Positions 63,919 through 64,000 of a stretch of 64,000 nucleotides of DNA are shown here, in pieces. The stretch spans positions 10,974,001-11,038,000 of the forward strand of contig OX597824.1 of NCBI GenBank assembly GCA_951406725.2. The letters are read 5' to 3'. Origin of the DNA: Octopus vulgaris (Eukaryota). Under the pieces are notes generated by a model that saw only the letters and a list, made by a program, of their open reading frames with translations, was not told the DNA's origin and searched no databases. The translations under genes and the position numbers were made by a program. Every line of letters starts with the position of its first letter. Position 1 is the first letter of the stretch.

Positions 63919-64000
63919 ATATATTAGCATGAAAGTGCAATCTATCTATATTGTGAACTATGTTCTATGTATGATGCATGAACGCCTGAGAAATATACCG

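Overview
AT-rich, repeat-saturated metazoan genomic DNA. The SINE/RTE/microsatellite repertoire suggests a coleoid cephalopod, most likely Octopus (inferred, not verified by search). The window lies mostly inside the 5' part of a minus-strand WDR62/MAPKBP1-family gene that the ORF track misses: a 92-nt coding exon (21011-21102, [31 protein letters not shown]), the start of the next exon at the left edge (1-48, CVITIFYPRRNKQTH), and a candidate first coding exon (46429-46515) preceded by uORFs. Introns are about 21 and 25 kb. The rest is mobile DNA: at least four tRNA-headed SINE families, truncated RTE/RTE-X/CR1-like LINEs, two TTAA piggyBac-type MITE families, hAT-type MITEs, three non-autonomous Helitrons, a probable Penelope remnant and several mini/microsatellites. 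Almost all listed ORFs are repeat artefacts. Best leads: a 1.25-kb intronic inverted duplication with an RFX X-box at each end, an in-frame uORF ending in a leaky/editable UGA just before the candidate start codon, a tRNA-Glu-SINE chimeric retrocopy, an 86-bp loopless palindrome and piggyBac MITEs at non-TTAA sites. No CRISPR array or clearly new enzymatic system is supported.
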